A DNA stretch of 64,000 nt from an uncultured Verrucomicrobiae bacterium (GTDB lineage Bacteria > Verrucomicrobiota > Verrucomicrobiia > Opitutales > JABDGR01). The position numbers were made by a program, and so were the translations under genes. Below are positions 59,801 through 64,000 of the stretch, piece by piece. Each line of letters begins with the position of its first letter. The first letter of the stretch is position 1. The notes below the pieces were generated by a model, which had not been told where the DNA came from, ran no database searches, and saw only the letters and a list, made by a program, of their open reading frames with translations. The stretch spans positions 288,001 through 352,000 of the forward strand of contig CAVXVB010000008.1 of assembly GCA_963765205.1 (NCBI GenBank), written 5' to 3'.

Positions 59801-60373
59801 TCAGTTCTTTGGCGCGGCTGTGCGCCTCGAAGCGCTTCGAAACACGTTCCGGATCGTGCCTTGTGGCGCGAAGTGGGGCGTGTTCGTCCGGCAACCCTCG
59901 CCTCGCTTGCTCCCACTGGGGCGCAATTGGCGCAGGGCCTCATAAACGCCAATGCCGGCGGCGGTTGAAAGATTCAACGAGCGCAAGGCGGGGTCGGGTT
60001 GCGGGATGCGGACGCGGCGCGCGTCACCCGCCCAATCATGCAGCCAGGCCGGCGCGCCGGAGCTTTCGTTGCCAAAGAGGAGGCCGTCTTCGTCGGCATA
60101 GGGCACGTCCCAGAAGGTTTGCGTGGCGTGAGTGGTAAAGAGCCAGAGGCGTTTTGGCCCACGGTCGCTTTGCTGGAAGGCGGCCCAGTCGGCGTGATGA
60201 ACGAGGTCGAGCGATTTCCAGTAATCCATGCCGCTGCGCTTGAGATGCCGGTCGGTGATACGAAATCCGAGCGGATGAATCAAATGCAGGCGCGAGCGCG
60301 TCAGCGCGCAGACGCGGCCGATGTTGCCGGTGTTCTGCGGGATTTCGGGCTGGAACAAAACGATATGTAACAT
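59801..60373 (-). CDS. trmL: tRNA (cytidine/uridine-34 2'-O)-methyltransferase
   Basis: PEIPQNTGNIGR, RSGMDYW, FGNESSG, RSLNLS, YEALRQ; ~35-aa atypical C-terminal extension. Confidence 0.93.
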   Translation of the reverse strand: MLHIVLFQPEIPQNTGNIGRVCALTRSRLHLIHPLGFRITDRHLKRSGMDYWKSLDLVHHADWAAFQQSDRGPKRLWLFTTHATQTFWDVPYADEDGLLFGNESSGAPAWLHDWAGDARRVRIPQPDPALRSLNLSTAAGIGVYEALRQLRPSGSKRGEGCRTNTPHFAPQGTIRNVFRSASRRTAAPKN

Positions 60374-60385
60374 TGCGCCTAATTC

Positions 60386-60459
60386 ACCGCAAAAACGTCA
60401 AGAGCGCAAAGGAGGATTATTTTAGAATTAGTTCTTAGCGACCTTCGCGACTTTGCGGT
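60386..60459. repeat. Second copy of the 26-bp-arm palindromic element
   Basis: ACCGCAAAAACGTCAAGAGCGCAAAG / CTTAGCGACCTTCGCGACTTTGCGGT. Confidence 0.75.
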
Positions 60460-60468
60460 GAAAAGTTT

Positions 60469-60942
60469 TTATTTCCACGCCCGGATGGTGCGTTGGGCTT
60501 CGCGCAGTTCGGCTTTGCGGCGGAGGGTCTCGCGCTTGTCGGCGTGGTTCTTGCCTTTGCAGAGGGCGATTTCGGCCTTGGCGAGGCCTTCCTTGAAATA
60601 GATGCGCAGGGGGATGACAGTCATACCCTGCATTTCGGCGGCGGCTTTGATCTTGATGATTTCGTTGGCGTGCAGCAGGAGTTTGCGCGGGCGGCGCGGC
60701 GGGTGGTTGTGGATGTTACCGAGAGTGTATTCGGCGATGTGCGCGTGGTGCATCACCGGCGCGCCGTTTTCGATGCGCACAAAGGCGTCGGCCAACTGGG
60801 CCTGGCCCTGGCGGAGGGACTTCATTTCCGTGCCGCGCAGGACGATGCCGGCCTCAAAGCGCTCGCCCACGTGGTAGAGGTGGAAGGCCTTGGCGTTGCG
60901 GATTTCCGTGAAGCGGGTGGAGTCTTTGGGCGCGGCGGACAT
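60469..60942 (-). CDS. smpB: SsrA-binding protein
   Basis: EAGIVLRGTEMKSLR, RKLLLH, IPLRIYFK, GKNHADKRE. Confidence 0.96.
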   Translation of the reverse strand: MSAAPKDSTRFTEIRNAKAFHLYHVGERFEAGIVLRGTEMKSLRQGQAQLADAFVRIENGAPVMHHAHIAEYTLGNIHNHPPRRPRKLLLHANEIIKIKAAAEMQGMTVIPLRIYFKEGLAKAEIALCKGKNHADKRETLRRKAELREAQRTIRAWK

Positions 60943-61025
60943 GGTGATGGGCGGGCCGGATTGCCCTGGCCGGGCGCCGGCGGGCGGCCACCGCATCCCC
61001 CCACTCCGGCGGAGCGCGGCGCGAC

Positions 61026-61244
61026 TTACCGGTCTTTGGGTTCGATGCCGTCCCAGAGTTCGTAGTCAATCTTGCCCTCGATGACCTCGCGCAGGGCGAT
61101 GTCCTCCGGCTCCAGCTTTTCGAGCGATTCCACGAGGGGCTTCATGCCGAATTTAAGCTGTTTGACCCGGCGCGACACCACGTTGATGAGGATGTTCGGG
61201 TCGGTGATGACCTTCTGGGCTTCTTTTAGGTATTCGTCTCTCAA
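61026..61244 (-). CDS. rpoZ: RNA polymerase omega subunit
   Basis: LINVVSRRVKQL...PEDIALREVIEGKI; TTG start. Confidence 0.88.
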   Translation of the reverse strand: MRDEYLKEAQKVITDPNILINVVSRRVKQLKFGMKPLVESLEKLEPEDIALREVIEGKIDYELWDGIEPKDR

Positions 61245-61429
61245 GGGTTTCTCCTGGTGGTGATGATAGGTGGGCCGCCGGTGAGGGCGAAAGGGGTCAC
61301 AATGAAGAGCGGCGGGGGGCTTGGCAACCTCCTTTTTGGGCCCTCCTACGCCAAGGCTACGGAGGGCTGGCGGTTAACCACCCCGGGCGGAGTGGGGGGG
61401 GCGGCGGCGTTGTGGGAAGTAGGGGGGGT

Positions 61430-61755
61430 GCTGATTGCTGAATTCGGAATGCGGAGTTCGGAATTCTGAGTGCGGAATAGCGGGCAGTGTGTGTGGGGGG
61501 GATTTTTGAATGCTGATTTCTGATTGCTGAATAAGGAATGCGGAATGGAGGCTGCCATGGATTGCGGGGAAGCCGAAGGAGCCGGGAGAGGGACGGGTGA
61601 AATGGTGGCGGGAGTATAAGCTAAATGGGGCGGGCGCGCAAATGCTCGGTTGGCTGCGTTGGATCGGTTGGCTGGGTTTGATGCGTTGGAAGGAGGAGGG
61701 AAGTGTGGAGGGTGAAGTGTGGAGTGCGGAGTTCGGAATTCGGAGTGCGGAGTAA
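61430..61755. repeat. Cluster of degenerate heptamer arrays
   Basis: GAATTCG GAATGCG GAGTTCG GAATTCT GAGTGCG; GAATGCT GATTTCT GATTGCT; AAGTGTG GAGTGCG GAGTTCG GAATTCG GAGTGCG. Confidence 0.8.
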
Positions 61756-61842
61756 AGGTTGGGAGCGGGGGAAGCACGGGGACAGCATTGAATGATCGAG
61801 GCAAGAAGGTGCAGCCTCAGCCTGACCAACTCTGACCCCCTC

Positions 61843-62769
61843 TCATTTCCTTTTGATGGCATAAATAGTAGCGATTACTAACACTACTGCCAACAGTCCA
61901 TACCAAGGGTTAAACCAAAAAGCTGACACTGGCACTTGTGGCGAGCTCGATGAGCTTTCGGAAGGAATTGATGAAGGGCTGAAGCCAGTTGGGGTTGTGC
62001 TGCTGAGCGCACCAGAGGCGCTTGGCTGTTTTGATGTAGTTGTTTGCATTGTGCCTGAGGCCAATTGGTCCCGAGCTTGCAAGGCCTGACTTCTATAATA
62101 ATTGGTGTCATGTTCAGGAATAGACGGAGAGTGCGGAATCCGCGGCGGTGGATCCATGGAAACATTCTCGTAGCCCGGCGGTGGCTTGATCGGTTCCGTT
62201 AAAAACTTCATCGTCTCATCAGGATGGGGCCAGATGATAGTGGCCATAACTTCCGCTCGTGCGTCTTGCATGGAGGGAACAAGCTGAAGCCTAACCTGGA
62301 CTTCAATACCGTTTATTGTGGCATCACCTGCCCATCCAAGAGTTTTGCGACCAGGACTATCGAGCGCTTTGATATAATCGTCCAAACGATTTGTGGCGAT
62401 ACCGATAGATTGACAGATTTTCTTTGCTTGCTGGGCGGCATCTTCCAGTGGCTCAGATTCGCAGAATGCATCAAAACTGCTGAGCTCATTCCCCGCAAGT
62501 ACGGAAATATCAACATTTCCTACAATTATGCCCATACTCACATTTCCAGGAAGAATTATTTTAAGATTCTCGTTGCCAAGCTCGCAATGCATATTCTCCA
62601 ATCCTTGTAAATGCCAGGGCCTTAACCCAGCATCAAAAATTGCCTTTAGATTACTGCTCTGACTAAAATCTATTGTGCGAACAACATCGCTTTCCGTTGC
62701 AGCCGTCAACCATTGCGGCCATAAGATAATTCCCGCAAGAAGAATTAAAATCTGCCTAAAATAATTCAT
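61843..62769 (-). CDS. Low-GC secreted protein with Ser/Thr/Pro linker and C-terminal TM anchor
   Basis: Signal peptide; tail WFNPWYGLLAVVLVIATIYAIKRK. Confidence 0.75.
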   Translation of the reverse strand: MNYFRQILILLAGIILWPQWLTAATESDVVRTIDFSQSSNLKAIFDAGLRPWHLQGLENMHCELGNENLKIILPGNVSMGIIVGNVDISVLAGNELSSFDAFCESEPLEDAAQQAKKICQSIGIATNRLDDYIKALDSPGRKTLGWAGDATINGIEVQVRLQLVPSMQDARAEVMATIIWPHPDETMKFLTEPIKPPPGYENVSMDPPPRIPHSPSIPEHDTNYYRSQALQARDQLASGTMQTTTSKQPSASGALSSTTPTGFSPSSIPSESSSSSPQVPVSAFWFNPWYGLLAVVLVIATIYAIKRK

Positions 62770-62909
62770 GTGATGGGTGCAAGAGAGGGTCAGGCTGCGG
62801 CTTCTTACCTAAATTTTGAGAGAATGGATCAAGTTTTGGGCGGGAGGGAGGGTGGAAATGAATTTGGCCTGGTAGGTAGGGCGGAGCGAGGCAAAATTGG
62901 GGGGGCGGG

Positions 62910-62958
62910 GATTGTTGATTTCTGAATGCTGAATTCTGAGTGCGGAGTGCGGAATATG
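62910..62958. repeat. Heptamer array
   Basis: GATTGTT GATTTCT GAATGCT GAATTCT GAGTGCG GAGTGCG GAATATG. Confidence 0.8.
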
Positions 62959-62965
62959 GGGGCGC

Positions 62966-63205
62966 TTATAACGACTTGAGGATGGCGTCCCGGTCAACGT
63001 GTTTGGCTTGGGCCACCGCGCGGAGGATGCCGTGGAGAGTGCCCAGGCGCAGCGGCGCGTGGTCGGGCACGGAGAGGCGGTGAGGCGCGGGCGCGTCCGT
63101 TTGCAGGATGATGTGGCTGCCGACTTGATGCACCGGCCGGTAGCCCCAGTGCCGGCATAGCGCCTTGACCAGGTCGCGACCGTTGATATCGCGCGGCAGT
63201 TTCAT
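62966..63205 (-). CDS. hicA: HicA-family toxin
   Basis: KLPRDING...HQVGSHIIL...VPDH...GTLHGIL. Confidence 0.9.
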   Translation of the reverse strand: MKLPRDINGRDLVKALCRHWGYRPVHQVGSHIILQTDAPAPHRLSVPDHAPLRLGTLHGILRAVAQAKHVDRDAILKSL

Positions 63206-63405
63206 GCCAGCACTTCGTCACGCACCAAGTGCAGGCGCACGCGCGCCGGGGCGGTTTGATCGAAATAGAACGCCGCCACCGCTTCCTTGACATTGGCCCG
63301 CAACTGCTCCCAGGTATCCGCCTCGGTGAAGATGCCCTCGCCGAGGGCTTCGGCAACGTAGCCGCCGTCCGCCTCCTGGGTGACCTCGAAAATGATTTCG
63401 TGCAT
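63202..63405 (-). CDS. hicB: Short HicB-like antitoxin
   Basis: EIIFEVTQEADGGYVAEA...IFTEADTWEQLRANVKEAV; ATGA overlap. Confidence 0.85.
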   Translation of the reverse strand: MHEIIFEVTQEADGGYVAEALGEGIFTEADTWEQLRANVKEAVAAFYFDQTAPARVRLHLVRDEVLA

Positions 63406-63492
63406 GACGGCAGGTTAGCGGCCGGCGGCGCTGCAAGCAAGCCTGTCTTGCAAAAGGTAGCGGTATAGTTTGGCTATGCAGCCAGCCCTTTT

Positions 63493-63519
63493 GTAGCGCG
63501 GGCTAAAGCACTGCGCTAC
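63493..63519. repeat. Collapsed single GTAG REP
   Basis: GTAGCGCGGGCTAAAGCACTGCGCTAC matches the right arm at 25396-25419. Confidence 0.7.
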
Positions 63520-63581
63520 GAAGAAAGTGATCCTTCAATTTATACCACTACCTTGCAACAGGCGGGGTTGTTCCCGCGGGC

Positions 63582-64000
63582 TTACCCGCCCCAGGCGGGG
63601 CGGTAGCTGCCACGGCGTTGCTGGAAGTAGGAGCGGGTGCCGGGGCGGGCCGGGGGGCGGTCGCTGCGGGCGGCGGGCGTGTTGCGCGCGGGGGTGCCGA
63701 CGGAGGCGTGGAGGCGGGCGTGGGCGGGTGCGTGGGCGCGGGCGTGGCTGGGGGCGTGGGCCGGGGGCGGTGCAGAGTGGGCCGGGGCGTGGGGGCGTTC
63801 GGGGGCTTGAGAGCGTTCGGGCGATGGGGTGTGGACGGCGCGCGCCGGGGGCTGGTGGGCTGCGGCGGGGCGATGCGAGGTTTCCGGGCGGCGTTCCTGG
63901 CGATGTTCCGCACGGTGCGAGGAATCTTCGCGGCGGCGTTCCGAACGATGGGCGAAGCGCGGTTCTGGCCGGTGTTCGGCTCGGTGTTCCGATCGCGGTT
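63582..64000 (-). CDS. Disordered Arg/His/Pro-rich C-terminus of a gene beginning beyond the window
   Basis: Open frame PRSEHRAEHRPEPRF...GTRSYFQQRRGSYRPAWGG* with GC3-rich codons; resembles tails of RNA-binding enzymes, identity not determinable. Confidence 0.55.
   Translation of the reverse strand, partial: PRSEHRAEHRPEPRFAHRSERRREDSSHRAEHRQERRPETSHRPAAAHQPPARAVHTPSPERSQAPERPHAPAHSAPPPAHAPSHARAHAPAHARLHASVGTPARNTPAARSDRPPARPGTRSYFQQRRGSYRPAWGG

Noticed and set aside
60469..61430. tmRNA gene near smpB
   Set aside because: No tRNA-Ala-like ends or tag reading frame recognised.
63548..63913. 121-aa Pro-rich ORF from the ORF track
   Set aside because: The adjacent frame ending at 63582 has better codon usage and stays open to the window edge.

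Overview
High-GC bacterial chromosome segment, most consistent with Verrucomicrobiota (Opitutales-like). The clues are a PEP-CTERM gene, DPxAAxxW-repeat proteins, a short RpoZ and few Shine-Dalgarno sites. The backbone is housekeeping: gltBD, polX, zwf-opcA-pgl, grpE, purA, purEK, ABC transporters, a Ytr-type operon, gyrBA, ogt, recA, uvrD, ppk2, tRNA-Ser(CGA), trmL, smpB and rpoZ. Accessory DNA comprises five toxin-antitoxin loci (two apparently decayed), a type II-like restriction-modification pair behind recA, and a ~5.6 kb tyrosine-integrase island in tRNA-Ser whose PEP-CTERM cargo gene is split by an IS5-family element. The most striking unexplained structure is a family of ~19 short period-7 tandem arrays. 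Their sequences differ but nearly all units fit RRRTNNN (or its complement NNNAYYY). They form inverted pairs between co-oriented genes, one pair encloses a four-helix-bundle (Avd/IVS-like) gene between gyrB and gyrA, and several sit in frame inside conserved enzymes. Several single-base frameshifts in short homopolymers, including one in gyrB, look like assembly errors. All calls come from reading motifs by eye; no database searches were run.
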